DNA from: Octopus vulgaris
Taxonomy: Eukaryota
Reading direction: 5' to 3'
Length of the DNA stretch: 64,000 nt
Assembly: GCA_951406725.2 (NCBI GenBank)
Contig: OX597831.1
Span: 44,330,001-44,394,000, forward strand
Below are positions 1 to 17,083 of this stretch, piece by piece. Every line of letters begins with the position of its first letter. Position 1 is the first letter of the stretch. The notes beneath the pieces were generated by a model. It had not been told where the DNA came from, did no database searches, and saw only the letters and a program-made list of their open reading frames with translations. The position numbers and the translations under genes are program-made.

Positions 1-110
1 TCTTTTAAATAGCAAAAATAAAACACCAATCTTACATTAATCTGATGCTTTACATTTGTACTTTTACAAAGTACAAGTTTATCGTTCTTGTATACAAGAA
101 CGTTGTTGAT

Positions 111-152
111 AATCACTTCGAAATTTTGACTAGCTAAGCCATCATCAGATAT
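111..152 (-). ncRNA. Decayed hammerhead ribozyme
   Basis: Minus: CTGATGA-TGGCT tagct AGTC-aAAA-TTTCGAAG-TG. GAAA mutated at a CpG and H17=G; near-palindromic helix III ATTTCGAAGT retained. Confidence 0.5.
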
Positions 153-426
153 ATATATATATATATATAAAATTGAATAAGCATAGAAATTGATATTAAT
201 CAATTAAAACCAGTGTCCTAGCATATTAAAAAAATCCGAAGATTAAAATATTTTTACATACAATATTTAAAGGACTGACCACTAAAAGTGGACGGTCAAC
301 ATGCTAGATATAGACGTCAAAATCGCTATTTTCCTCGAAGAATGTGTTCTCAAATAAAAACTCAGCACAAACCAAAGTGTAAAAATAAGCAAGACAAATG
401 AAAATGTACGAAATAATAACGATTAC

Positions 427-501
427 CTATTTACCGATCAGTTTCGCTCGTTAATATCCACGCATATGGATACGTGGAAATCTGCAAGCTCATCAGCATA
501 G
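427..501 (-). ncRNA. Minimal type-I hammerhead ribozyme (PLE-type), extended helix II
   Basis: Minus strand: CTATG-CTGATGA-GCTTG..TCCACGTAT ccat ATGCGTGGA..CGAGC-GAAA-CTGATCGG-TA-AATAG. Core boxes intact, near-palindromic helix III (ACTGATCGGT), GUA cleavage triplet, helix I CTAT/ATAG. Confidence 0.8.
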
Positions 502-504
502 TCT

Positions 505-549
505 GTCGTATACAAATATAATTTCCAGGAAATTATATTTGTATACGAC
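505..549. repeat. Perfect 22-bp-arm palindrome next to the hammerhead
   Basis: gtcgtatacaaatataatttcc-a-ggaaattatatttgtatacgac. Confidence 0.9.
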
Positions 550-789
550 TTTATATTTATATAGTTAAAATGGTGGCACAGAAGGACGACAAAGGAATTT
601 ACAGAGAACACATTAAAAAATAAGACAAAGCAGGTGCAGACAAGTTCCGGTCCTCATCAACTAATATTATTCAGTTTGATGGTGTTCGCAACCTAAGCTG
701 TCATGTTTCTAAATTGTTTCTGTTTTCCAAATTATACTCACAGACCGGGTATTGATCAGTCTAGGCTGTGAAAGAAAACACCTTCCTAT

Positions 790-928
790 AATCCTTTCTA
801 TTATAGGCATAAGGCCTGAAATTTGGGGGAGGGGGATAGACAATTATATCGACCCAAGTGCTCAATTGGTACTAAGTTTATCGACCCCGAAAGGATGAAT
901 GGCAAAGTCGATCTCAGCGGAATTTGAA
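790..928 (-). mobile_element. SINE family B (Meta-domain-like), partial
   Basis: Reverse complement of the gactttgcc..tcatcctttcggggtcgataaa..agtacc body and the caggccttatgcctataatagaaaggatt tail; multi-copy in the window. Confidence 0.8.
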
Positions 929-1034
929 ATACCCTCCTATAATGCTGTGCAATGAGATCGAACTGGAGTCCACGTAGTTATGGAGCGAACTTTTAACCAC
1001 ACATCCGTTCTTTGATTTGAACATCCGTTCTGTT

Positions 1035-1173
1035 GATGAACAAATCGACCCCAGGACTTATTCTTTGTAAGCCTAGTACTTATTCTATCGGTCTCTTTTG
1101 CCGAACCGCTAAGTTACGGGGACGTAAACACACTACCATCGGTTTCAAGCGATGTCGGTGGGGACAGACACAG

Positions 1174-1206
<33 letters not shown>

Positions 1207-1343
1207 CGACGAGCTTCTTTCAAGGCTTTAGTCGGCCCGAGACTATAGTAGAAGACACTTGCCCAAGGTGCCACGCAGTGGGAATGAACCCGGAACTATG
1301 TGGTTGGTAAGCAAGCTACTTACCACGCAGCCACTCCTACGCC
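1035..1343 (-). mobile_element. SINE family A (tRNA-derived, internal microsatellite)
   Basis: Head GGCGTAGGAGTGGCTGCGTGGTAAG...GGTTCATTCCC (A/B boxes); more than 10 copies in the window. Confidence 0.9.
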
Positions 1344-1656
1344 TTAAATAAATTGTATGTTAATTATTTATGTATTTCTCATTATATTAATTATAAAACC
1401 AAAGTGAGATCAATCTGAAGCAGCGAGATGAATCTGAGGCAACGATATCTAGGGCGGCAAAATCAATCTGGGGTAGCGAGAAATACAAGGAGAGCAGCAC
1501 TTCCCTTTCTACCCTCACTTACCTTTTCATGTAGAACTTGAAAAATTTGATGAGAGTTTGGTCGAAGAGGAAAGTATGTATCTCCAGTACTTACAACCAC
1601 GTCCACCGCACTACTTCTTTCACTATAACCACTAAACAGAGGAAAATTGTCTTCCC

Positions 1657-1770
1657 TTCCTTTAGGGCAGGGCCGTTCACTTCGATTTCCGAGATGTCCG
1701 ACACTATTACGGTGACGTTGTCCTCATAAGCCGACACGAACTTTCTGCATCCTAATTCTCACGAGATACT
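1657..1770 (-). pseudogene. L1/Tx1-like LINE reverse transcriptase fragment
   Basis: Manual translation RELGCRKFVSAYEDNVTVIVSDISEIEVNGPALKE, a decayed SAYADDVTV motif. Confidence 0.6.
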
Positions 1771-2147
1771 TATCAGAACATCCATGGTTTAGTAGAATAG
1801 TCATCAACAGAATGGAGGCAACAGAGAAAGCAAGGAGATGACTTTGACCAAAAAGTGAAAGTGACGTTAAATGGAATCAGATGAATGGTACTTGTATACA
1901 AGAAAAGTTTTGATCAATTTTAGTCGAGTCACCTATACTGCAAGACCCGGAAACACCCAGTGATTCAAGATTAATGTACGAAGAACTTTAACCGATTTTT
2001 AAAAATTGGTTCCTATTGCGTTAGGTTTTTTTCTTTTTATGATGTTTAACTGTAAGTCAGCCTCAAACCAGCAGACCTGTGATCAAAAACTGTTCCAGCC
2101 ATAACCATTCCTGTTTTTCTTTTTTTATATATTTTCAGATTAGATTG

Positions 2148-2790
2148 GTTTCAAATCTTGGCACAAGGCCAACAATTTTGGAGGCGTGGGTAAGTCGATT
2201 ACATCGAACCTGGTGTTTCACTGGTACTTAATTTATCGACCCTGAAAGGATGAAATTCAAAGTCAACCTCGGAGGAATTTGAATTCAGAACGTGAAGACA
2301 CGAAATGCTGCTAAGTATTTTGCCCGGTGTGCTAACGATTCTGCCAGCTTGCCGCCTTCATCATCATCATCGTTTAACGTCCGTTGTCCATGCTGGCATG
2401 GGTTAGACAGTTTGACCAAGGCTGGCAAACTGGAAGGCTGCATCAAACTCCAGTCTGTTTCTTAATAATAACAATAATAATCCTTTCTACTGTAGGCACA
2501 AGGCCTGAAATTTGGTGGGAGAGGACTAGTCGATCACATCGACTCCAGTGTTTCATTGGTACTTATTTTATCGACCCCGAAAGGAAGAAAAGCAAAGTCG
2601 ACCTCGGTAGAATTTGAACTCAGAACATGACGAAATGCCGCTAGGTATTTTGCCCAGCGTGCTAAAGATTCTGCCAACTTGCTATTGTATTTTTTGTCTT
2701 TAGATTTCACGGAATTTGAACTTAGAACGTAAAAAAACTTTGAAAAAAGGCCGCTAAATATGTTGTTCGACGCGCTAACGATTCTGCCAG
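2148..2790 (-). mobile_element. Cluster of SINE family B copies (about 2148-2358, 2476-2680, head fragment to 2790)
   Basis: Head AAGGCGGCAAGCTGGCAGAATCGTTAGC on the minus strand plus the shared body. Confidence 0.85.
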
Positions 2791-3225
2791 CTCTCCCACC
2801 TTTATAATGATATATATTAACTGACAACCCATGAACTTGTCCAATATTTTATTCTTTTGTTCTTATTCCACTTCCACAAGCAGCATTTGATCTGATGAAC
2901 CATGTAAGGATATTTAATCTGAGGGTGGTCAGTCGTTTGATGTGCTAGAAAATGCAACTAGATCTCCCTCAAACCATACTTTGTATCATGCAAAAAAAAT
3001 GCACATTATATAATGTAATCTAGGGAGAGACGGTTTGGGCTTGTTCTGAATGCTTTTGACTGATCGTAAGTTTGCTTAATCAAGGTTGTCCAGGGGTTAA
3101 ATAACAGCAAGAGAGTCTCTACACGGTGGATCAACAAGTGAGACACAACAAAAGAATCCCTCCCATACGATATCCTACCGTCTTAAAAGTATAAAATGAA
3201 AAGAAAGGACATTTTAGATTAATGT

Positions 3226-3419
3226 ACGAGGGAATGCTGAGAATTTCTTGATTTTAAGGGGGCCCAACCTTCCGACTTCTTTTACAGGGATTAGAAAAAC
3301 TGAAGGACCGCTACAAGGTGTGAATCTGAGAGGGGAATATGTTGAATAAAATCATAATTAACTAATCCACCTGCATTTTCTTTTACCTAAAACCAAGAAC
3401 TTTTCAACACCCCATCGTA
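3226..3419. mobile_element. Mariner-derived MITE / internal deletion derivative
   Basis: TA-CGAGGGAATGCTGAGAA...TTTTCAACACCCCATCG-TA termini; body matches 32964-33150 in reverse. Confidence 0.65.
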
Positions 3420-3725
3420 TGTCCGAGAAGAGGGAAAAGCTGGTCCCAAACAGAATATCTTTGATCATAGATTTATTCGATCGTGACCAAACCGGAGCTA
3501 GCCGATAAGGACACCAGCTCATAATTTCTCTGATGGATTGATCTACCAAAAACGCTAGATAATTTAGATACGATCATTTCATTGTAATTTTTTGATATTA
3601 TATATTATAGTGAATTGGGTCTTTAAAAGAAATGGCGAAAGCAAAGAGCCTGTTTCAGTCTTATTAAACCTCTTCAGCCAAAAAGATTAATGGATCAGCT
3701 AAAGATAGCATATCATAGAATATCT

Positions 3726-4062
3726 GAGACCCCCTTCGATCACGACACTGACCATGGGATTGCACCTAGAAAGTTACACTCCCAGGCACAAGTCCGGGCA
3801 AGGTTGTTTATGGAAGACCATCAGTCGTCCATGCATACCGGCCTCCCCCTCTCCACGCCACCAGTGTTATCCAAGAGAAAGGCAACAGCTGATACAGCTT
3901 GGCACCTGTGACGCCGCAACTCATTTCTACAGCTGAGTGAACTGGAGCAACGTGAAATAAAGTGTCTTGCTCAAGAAGATAACACGCAGCCCGGTCCGGC
4001 ACTCGAGCTCACAACCTCACGATCGTAAGCTCGACGCTCAAACCACTGAGCCACGCGCCTTC
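3726..4062 (-). mobile_element. SINE family D (tRNA head, V-domain-like and Deu/Nin-like body)
   Basis: Head GAAGGCGCGTGGCTCAGTGG, TCTTGAGCAAGACACTTTA, GGTCTTCCATAAACAACCTTGCCC; second copy at 27369-27702. Confidence 0.85.
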
Positions 4063-4479
4063 ACATCATAGAATATACTTCGTTGTAATTACATTATGTG
4101 TAATTGATTTTTTAACTTTATTATCGTACGAGTTGCAGTCGTTGAAGGATGAAAATTTACTACATGGAAATGAAAGTGAAGTGTTAAAATTATTGGGTAT
4201 CAAAAAGTATCAGAGTCGAAGTGTTTGTAAGTGGTTTAAGACTGAAAAGAAAATTAGAGAAGGTACGGCAATTCTTGGTGAATATTAAGTATTGATTCAT
4301 TCTGATATATTAGAAATAAAAATGATTTGAAAATATCGGTGTGTTGGTATAATATATAATAATATCATGAGTGTCTGTTATTGTTAGATTACAGAGGGAA
4401 ATACAGAGTATATGATAGTTCATGGTGAATACTTAAACATTGATCTATTCAGCAGACGGTATGATCTTAAAGTGCTTCA

Positions 4480-5095
4480 GAAGATACTTATCGAAGTGGC
4501 TACATTTGGCGATAATATGCGGACTGTAATTTTGATAGTCTTCTTTTTGTATATACGTAGTTTTTCAGCCATGCATACTCCGCAAATTCATGTCGCATTC
4601 CTGTATGATCTGCATCACTCAAGTACATTCTACTTCAAGTTGAAATCTGAAAATAGTGGCATATTCTTTCAAATTCCTTACATAGTTGGATAGTTTTGTT
4701 ATACTCTGCTTTTCTAAATTTCTAAACGAAGAAATAATGGTTGACCTATCGTTTTTTAGATTTACTTTGCACCATACCTACATGATGTTTACGCACGATG
4801 TTAAGGTTTGGTTTGGTTTGGTTGTTTTGGGGCGATGCGGTGCAGTGCAGTTTTGTTAGGGGGCGGTGATTTCATTATAAAATCGATTCACAGTTCACTT
4901 TCTAATTAGAGGGGTTCGCATTTGTTGTATTTCGGCATGTACAGCTTATCTCAGTTAATTTAACTAGTTTATTAAGATTTTTCAAGCTGGTGACACAGCT
5001 GTAACTTAATTTAATGTTGTTTCCATTGAATATCTTTATGTAGTACTGGTTGATTAGAAAACGTTCATGTAACTAAGAGGTTCTTAGAAATTCCA
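4480..5095 (-). pseudogene. Decayed Penelope-like element C-terminus (zinc knuckle + GIY-YIG endonuclease, Neptune/Nematis-like)
   Basis: Manual translation across frameshifts: KIFNGNNIKLSYSC..SCTCRNTTN..HVGMVQSKSKKR*VNH.SSFRNLEKQSITKLSNYVRNLKE..SYRNAT*ICGVCMAEKLRI..IIAKCSHFDKYLL, matching the PLE motifs KIFNRNxVKVSYSC, CxCR, CxLCLxEK and KCRH. Confidence 0.75.
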
Positions 5096-5256
5096 GACTC
5101 AGTATTTAAATGGAAGATGCGTGAACAAAATAATATTTTTTTTAACTATTAGAGAGTGAGGAGGAGTTACGGTTATTTTTTCTGATTTTATCGTTGAATC
5201 CACTGGCTTCTGTTGCTTTATTCTAATAAGGTACCTCCTTTTTATAGAATGTGCGA

Positions 5257-5305
<49 letters not shown>

Positions 5306-5314
5306 CATATAAAT

Positions 5315-5398
<84 letters not shown>

Positions 5399-5399
<1 letters not shown>

Positions 5400-6134
5400 A
5401 GAGGCGACTCCAAGTCATCAGCCTCACTCGAGCTCATCAAAGATTTCGCATAAGACTGCTCGAAGAATTTTACGTTTTTCCGCAATATTACTAACCCCAA
5501 ATGTTTTATTTTATTATATCTAACACTATATCTTTCTCCATTTCTAAGTTAAGACTTAAAATAAAGCAACCCTGCAAAACACAACTGATCTTTGCAGACA
5601 GACGCACAGAATAATAGCAATCAAATAACGACGGCGGAGTGCACAACAAACATCAGCGATCTGATTGTCGCCTGTACTTTTGACAAGAGATGCCAGTTAG
5701 TTTTTTCACACCTACTAGGCTCGTTCATATTAGCCCGACTTGCTGGAAACTTTTCATAGATTGGAATTTAAATCCTAATCTATACAGAAATTTATTGTTT
5801 CAAGAAAACACTGAATTTGAATTACTTTCAATTTTTACAATTATAGTTAACAACCCAGGCTGTAACTTCTGAGCCCGAGTCAGGTGCGTGAGAACGATGT
5901 CGAGAGAACGTCTGCTTCGAATAATATTTTATGACACAGGGCACCTCTAAGACGACCGCCAGATGCTGAAGGAAAATAAATGAACTGTGATCAGGCTCAG
6001 TAAAGGAAGCCCTAGGTATTGGCAGCAATTACATACTTCAGTGTTTGTAGAAATCAGCTTGCAAATACACGTTCATTTTACTAAATTTCTACTCGGGCTA
6101 GGCCCAAACAGCCCGATTGCCGGAGTCGCCACTG
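5399..6134. mobile_element. Non-autonomous TIR element (hAT-like termini) in (TA)n
   Basis: CAGAGGCGACTCC ... GGAGTCGCCACTG: 13-bp inverted termini with 1 mismatch, (TA)n on both sides. Confidence 0.6.
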
Positions 6135-6185
<51 letters not shown>

Positions 6186-6286
6186 CCTAATATTTATTTT
6201 ATCGGTTTCTTTTGTCGAACCGCTAAGTTACGGGGACATAAACCCACCAGCATCAGTTGTCAGGCGATGGTGGAGCACAAACACTC

Positions 6287-6405
<119 letters not shown>

Positions 6406-6413
6406 CATACATA

Positions 6414-6448
<35 letters not shown>

Positions 6449-6451
<3 letters not shown>

Positions 6452-7721
6452 GGTGCGTAAGATATATCTGAGGACAGAATTTATGCCTATATAAAAAAAC
6501 ACAGCTATATAATAACAGATAATAACTTTATTGATCAAAAAATGCTATGAGGATAAAAATAAGCGTTCTTTTCTATAATGTTATTCAATAAAGCCCCCTT
6601 CAGCTTCAACAACTGCTTCTATATGAGATCTAAATCATCTACATGCTCGAATCAAATGGTCCTGGTTCATTTTGGACATTACTCTGACTATGGCAGCTTT
6701 CAAAGAATCTTTGGTGCTATGGGCTTGTTCATTGAATTCTCTCTCAACAATGCTCCACATGTAATAGTCCAATGGATTGAGATCTAGAGAATTAGGAGGT
6801 CAAATATTAGAGGTTATGTGATCATGAAAATTTTCAGCCATTCATTCCTGTGTTACTAGGACCATGTGTGAGAGTGCAGAGTTTTACTGAAACGCATATG
6901 GCCTTTCACTGCATACACTGTCTATCCAGGGCTTAACAATTATTTCCTGGACATCAATGTAGGCAGCAGATTTAACTTTAAGGCCGTGTAGAAAGAAGTA
7001 AAGTGGCAATACATGTCCTTCATTGCTTACAACCCCTAAAACCATGACAGTTGCAAGAAGCTTTGTATGCATAATTCTTGGAACTTCAGAAGGGCCTGCA
7101 CATAACCATCTGTCGTTTCTTCTGTTGGCCTTTTGATCTTGGTCGAGGTTTTTTTCGTTTGAGAAAAACCAAATCAAATCTTTTTTCTGCTGGATTTTTC
7201 AGTTTGTTTAAGAGCCTTTTAGTTCTGATGTAGCGATTTTCTTTTGCTTTTTCTGACAAATTTACCTTTCCTCATCATATAAGACTTATATCTGAGGTTT
7301 TCGTAGACAACGTTGCTGACTGTTCCTTCTGACACATAGAGATCTTTTGCAATTGACCTCGTGGACTTTCTGGGGTTGTAATCAATGGTCTGTTGGACTT
7401 GCTAGATAAATTTGGGTGTTCTGATAATTTCAGAGCGTTTAGAATGCTTTTATGCCTTGACACTGGTGACACGCTCCCATCTTCAGTCTCTAGCTCCTTA
7501 CAAATTTTTGTAGACGAAAGATCTGGGAACTTTTAAAAATCGAAATATTTCTAAATCTCTATGCTCAGCCTTTATAACCACAATAACAACATGCCTCTTC
7601 ATTTCTTGAGTAAGCTGAGGGTCTACCATTATTATTTTCTGAAACAAAGATTATACAGAGTTAGCAAAAAATGCAGCAATGACCCATAAAAGGTATGTCC
7701 TCAAATACCTTACGCACGATG
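6449..7721 (-). mobile_element. Full-length decayed maT (DD37D) Tc1/mariner transposon
   Basis: TIRs CAGGGTGCGTAAGATATATCTGAGGACA / TGTCCTCAAATACCTTACGCACGATG with TA flanks. Motifs WFFSNEKN, VMVLGVVSNEG, FQ*NSA...PPNSLDLNPLDY; 37 residues between the 2nd and 3rd catalytic positions; multiple stops. Confidence 0.9.
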
Positions 7722-7790
7722 TATATATACGTATATATATATGTATATATATATATATATCTTTTATCTTATATATATATATATATATAT

Positions 7791-7920
<130 letters not shown>

Positions 7921-9056
7921 TATATCTTTTATCCAGCCTCATCCGGTAATTGAATCTACGGTCTCGCTGTCCTGAGCGCCACGCACTAATCATAGGTCGC
8001 GCATTCTCACAATATATCTACACATATATCCCCACGTATATCCACATATAAACATACACACACACATTCACATACACACACTCATCCAACTTATTTACAC
8101 GTACCATTAGCTCTTCAAATAGTGTTAATCTACTCGGATTTATTCTTTCGGAGGCTGTGGGCTATAGGAGAAAATTCTTACGCGAATCTGAGAGCAAAAC
8201 TGGAACTACATGATTGTGAAATGAAGATTTAACCACACAGTCATGTTGTAAATGTTAAAACGCTTGTAGGTAACACTAATTACACTGTATAACACAATTT
8301 TTGTCCTTGGATAGTAATTGTTATTTGCTTACACCTAGAATGTATAATAAATGGCGAATAATTCCTTCAAACTTTTGTTACATTTATTCAAACCTCAAAG
8401 AATCCCTCTCAATATATAGCTATGATGTTTCCCAACTATTCCTGCTCATGATCAAATATGCACACATTGTCAACCACTAAGGGGGCATGCTCAAGTGGTT
8501 GTGGTCAAGCAGCTGACAAGCAAATCTGTGGTATTGAGCAGAATATGCGCTATAACGATATTTCTGCATCAGCGACTCAGTGCTGAATTTGTCCAAAGTG
8601 TAATGGATAATAGGTCGGTTTCAAAACATTGTTGTCTAGGTCACAAAAGGAAAGTTTGAAGGGAATAGTAGTCATTTTCTTTGATTTCTAGATCGAAGAA
8701 AATAGGAGACAAATACTTAGTGACCAAAGACAAAAAAAAAATCAAAGAAATTTTGTTACTCTGGTACAAATACTTAAGTAGAACTTTATGACAAGATAAA
8801 GCGCACTTGCGAATTACTCATCTCTAATTGGTAGGCCCAGATGAATGCCTGCAAGTAAGTAGTAATTGATAGGTCCAGAAGAAGGATTCCTGTATTTCTC
8901 ATTAATTAATGGTAGAAGGACTCTGATGAAATCCTACAACAAAGCAGAACCCCTAATGACAGTATTTACTAATGACAGATGCCACAAGATGACTAACACC
9001 TACAGACAGCATTTAAAGTAGGTCCTACTAAACACTGTTTGTCATTTGTTTGCAGA

Positions 9057-10161
9057 ATGCAGTCGGGACGTGAAGACAATTTAGAAGTTTACTATGCAAT
9101 AAGGTTTTATGTTGAACCGGGTATAATACTACAGAAACTTATAAAATGCTCCAGACTGGTCATGGATTGACTTGTATGAGCCAAACATCTGGTTTTCGCT
9201 GGCAGAAGAGGTTCAAGGACAGTAGAGGTAAAAGAGGATGAGAGAAGTGTGGGAGAGAGAGAGAGAGACGTCAGAACATCAGAGCTGTTTAAGGATGGAG
9301 TATTCTAGATGAAGACTGTCCTGTGTCTATAACGACGATAGGCATACAGTTTGAAGTTGGTGTGGTACTTGTACACAGAATGTGCAAAATTTGTGCAACG
9401 TTTGTTTTCGGGATAACAAGAAGGGACCCGTTGATGATAATAAGGAGATGGTTGAACTCATTAGCTCCAATCTAAGACTACTTGAGTCTCTCGTGACCTG
9501 TGATATTAGTATATCTGTTGTTAGAATTCAGAGACCAAGAGACAGAGTGCCCAATGGAAGCATCTTGGTTTTCCCCATGCCCAAGAAGGCCAGGTAAAGG
9601 CAAGTCGGTCTGAAAGCACATGATGATCCCCTTTTTCGACGGCAAGGGTCCTGTCTACACCCACTATTTTCCCTCTGACCAGACGGTCAATAAGGAGTAC
9701 TTTGTGGAGGCTTTAAGAGAGTTCAAGAAGAGATTTCATCACAAAAGGTCAGCGCTCTTCCACTCGGATCGGTGGTACCTGCACCAGAACAATGAACCAG
9801 TACACAATTCCATCCGGGTAACCAACTAATTAACAGAGATGAGCATCAAAACTGGCCCCCCCCCCCCCCGCCCACTCTCTCTCGACAGTCCAGACCTTGC
9901 TCCCTGAAACTTTTGGTTGTCCCTCAAGCTCAAGAACCTCAGGGGCAGTTGCCGTGAAGACGTTGAGATGAAGGAGGGAATGATAGGGGCTCTGGACACC
10001 TTAACTTTGGAGGACTTCCATGGGGCCGTCACGAAATTGACTGGAGCACTACAACAATTGCATCGAAGACAAAGGATCCTACTTTAAAGGAGATTAGGGT
10101 TTCGTACTTCTTTGAAATTAATGAACGTCTTTACAGAAAAACTCTTATGCATACATTCGTA
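9057..10161 (+). mobile_element. Decayed mariner transposase (DD34D-type)
   Basis: YAIRFY..TETYKMLQ..FRWQKRFKD HTH region; FFDGKG..QTVNKEYF..WYLHQNNEPVHNS; SPDLAP*NFW; right end ...CATTCG-TA. Confidence 0.85.
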
Positions 10162-10172
10162 CATACATGCAT

Positions 10173-10263
<91 letters not shown>

Positions 10264-10387
10264 TAAATATATATACGTATGTTTATGGACATGTATGTGT
10301 ATATGTATATATTTATATACATACATAATACAAATATATATATACTTATATAATACATACATATATATATATATACTTACATAATAC

Positions 10388-10420
<33 letters not shown>

Positions 10421-10713
10421 TCACCGTGACCGACCAGGCTATCAGATGTTGCTACACTTCGCTGGTCACAATGCGCTTCGCATTGTTTTAGCCTTCAAAT
10501 GACGCCACCCCACTGGCTAAGCGAGCAAGCCAACAGAAGAAAGAGTGAGGGAAATTTGTGGCGAAAGAGTACAGTAGGGATCGCCACCAAACCCCGCCGG
10601 AGCCTCGTGGAACTTTAGATGTTTTCACTCTATAAACACTCACAACGCCCGGTCGGGAAATCGAAACCGCGATCCTACGACCGCGAGTCCGCTACCCTAA
10701 CCACTGGTCCATT
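10421..10713 (-). mobile_element. SINE family C (tRNA-derived)
   Basis: Matches the 25662-25968 copy: CAATGGACCAGTGGTTAGGG...GCGCATTGTGACCAGC...GGTCACGGTGATA. Confidence 0.9.
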
Positions 10714-10807
10714 GCTCAGTAGTTGGGGCTGTATGTATTATATATATAATACATACGTACATATATGCATACATAGCACACACACACACACACACACATA
10801 CACACAA

Positions 10808-10839
<32 letters not shown>

Positions 10840-12129
10840 GCGCACAGGCACACATCAGTAAATACGGGTTTCCATTTTCAAAATGCTGAGCGTGTTATTC
10901 GAGGGCAATTTTCCCGCTAATTCTAACCAAACCAATGCCACCTTGTGTAGATAGGCTCTCTTGTTGTTTGGAAATCAGATTAGTTTTAAGTGAAGGAGAA
11001 ATGATTGCCAGTTTGTGGTTAGGAATTACTTTAGAAATTCATTATCTCCCGCTGGTGTTTTACGATGGTGACCAAGGTAACGGTGTGTAAATATTAAAAT
11101 ATCGTTTTTATTATGAACTCTTCGATAATAAATCCGATGTTTTTAAAACGTGGATTGATCTGATAATCGAATTCGGCTTTAATGGGATTAGATTAATGAA
11201 CTTGATATCATGTTACATATATAGAGAGGGTGTTAGCACCGCCACACATAAATGAACCAGCTTTTCAAGAACTTCTAGCGGGTATCTTATAACTATTACT
11301 GCATGATTTCGGAGAGGGAGAGAGAATTGGTTTCGATTTTTGATTTTTGGTTTTGGATTTGTTGTTGCTGTTGCTGTCGTTGTTGTCGTTGTTGTTGCTG
11401 TTGTTGTTGTGAAAATACTTGTGAAAGCTTTCATACACGAAGATCAAGTTAAAATTGATATGTAATTGAGTGATCGAATCTTACTCTCGTTCGAGAATAA
11501 ATGAACTATTAAATAAATAACTAAAATGAATAAATGAAAGAGACAAAGAAACAAAATAGATTGAATAGTGTGTAAATGAATGGATGTAGGACAGTAATAT
11601 CAGAGGTGAAGTGCAGTTTTAGAAGGAAATTATAAGGAAAGAAACAAGATGAAATATAAGTAGCTGACGATGAAGCTACGTCAGTGAAACAGTGGAGCTG
11701 AACAACAGCAGAAACTAGGTGTCACCAAGAAAATTTATTGAACAAATAAGGGAAAATATTGATTGATGAAAATATAAATTGTGAGAAAAAACACGTATAC
11801 ACATGCATATACACGCACGCATACACAGCTATACGTAGATATATGCATATATCGAATATACGTACAAAACATGCATACCTACATACGTTCTTTCATACAT
11901 ACTTACATACATACATACATAGATACATATTCGTACACACACACACAAACGCACATACATAAACACACACAAACACGCACACACACATGTACACGCATAC
12001 ATGCACATACATACATATTCGGTAATATTGTTCTTACAAAATGAAAGAGTTAGAGAAAGAAATTGAATCAGAAAATGGAAAATTTAATCTAAAGAAAGAC
12101 AAAAAAAAAATAGAGAGAGAGAAATATAA

Positions 12130-15280
<3,151 letters not shown>

Positions 15281-15354
15281 TTGTGTGTAGGTGTGAAAGT
15301 GTTCTGCGCTGCACACCAATATCGCTGTGACACATGGCACGCAATCGTGTCACC

Positions 15355-15434
15355 CGCACCACCACCGCCGCCGACACCGCCGCCACCGCCGCTGTTGTCG
15401 TCATCGCCACCACCACATCCAGCCTATCCCCCAC

Positions 15435-15465
<31 letters not shown>

Positions 15466-16247
15466 CTCTCACCCTACCTACCTACATACCTACCTACCTA
15501 CCTGCCTGCCTGCCTGCCTGCCTGCCTGCTCATTGCATCATCTCTGCCTCTTTCCTTCTCTTTTTAATCTACCATTCTTCAAGCCCACCCATCCAACCGC
15601 GACCACCTCCTCGCTCACTCACTCATCACTCACACACACACACATACACACACGCACGCACACATGCACACACACACACACACACCTGAGATCCACAGCA
15701 AATCCATCTCCTTCTCCTCCTCCACTTCATCCTCCCCCTCTGCCTTCTCCTCTTCCACTTTTCCTCTTTCTCTTCCTCCCTCTCTCATCAGCTTTCAGCA
15801 TCTTTCATCCGCGTTCATCCCCTTCCTCTTCCTTCTCCTCTACACGATTCCTTCTCTTCATTTATCCTCCCACTTCTTCTCTTTCTCGTTAACCAACTTC
15901 CTCTCCTTCTCCTCCTATTACTACCCTCCTCCCCTCCTCTTTCTTCTCTTTCTCCTCCTCCTCTTCTTCCACATCCTCCTCATCCGTCTCCTCGTCCTGC
16001 TCCTCATCCTCATCCTCCACCCCCCACCCGTTTCACCCGAGTCTTTACCTTCCCGTATTTCTTCTCGCTCAAAGACATCTTCATATCTTCCTCATGTCAT
16101 TTTCCTCCTCATCCTTTCGCCTCCTCACCCTCCGCCTCACTCTCTTCCTCTTCCTCCTCCTTCCTCATTTCCTCTTTCCTTCCTTCCTTCCTTCCTTCCT
16201 TGCTGCCCTCTTCTAACATCCCGAACTCTCACTCTTCTCTGTCTCTG

Positions 16248-16298
<51 letters not shown>

Positions 16299-16580
16299 TA
16301 CACATACACACACACACACACTATTCTCCCACCCCAAATATCACTCTCTCTCTCTCTCTCTCCCCTTCTCCTTCTTCATACAAACCTTTTCCACCGCCGT
16401 CATAAACCCTCTCTCTCTCCCTCTCCCACTTCTTTCCCAGCTTTCACTATTAACCACTACCATCACCACCATCGCCACCACCACCACCACCACCACCACC
16501 ATCACCGTTGTCACTCGACTTACTCCCCTCCTTTCCTTCCTTCTTCCTCCCCTTCCCTTCCTATTTCTTCATCTCTCCCG

Positions 16581-16628
<48 letters not shown>

Positions 16629-17043
16629 TATATAACCCCCACCCATCGTTTTCTACCCTTCTGTCCTCTTCCCTCCCTCTTCGTCTTCCTACCACCACCA
16701 CTCTCCCATCCTGACGACTCCTTGTCTTTTCCATTCTCCGCCATCGATTCATAATTACTGTGCTTTCTTCGTTTTTCTCCGCCTCTTCTTCTTCTTCTTC
16801 TTCTTTTCTCCTCCCTCCCTCTTCTTCTTCATCATCTTCTGCCTCTTCTTTCTCATTATCTCCATCGTTGTCGTCGTCGTCGCCATCGTCATCTTCTGCT
16901 TCTTCTCCTCATCCTTCCTCTTCTCCATCATCATCATTATCATTAACCTCATCTTTTGCTTCTTCTTTTCCTTCCTTTTCTCATCTTTCTCCTCCTTCTC
17001 CATCACCCTCATCATCTTCATCATCTGCTTCTTCTCCTTCTTC

Positions 17044-17083
<40 letters not shown>

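Noticed and set aside
3640-3682. Minus-strand CTGAAGA-stem-GAAA
   Set aside because: Helix II is plausible, but helices I and III cannot form.
11660-11700. CTGACGA...GAAA hammerhead-like motif
   Set aside because: No NUH triplet or helix I; CTGACG pairs instead with the downstream CGTCAG.
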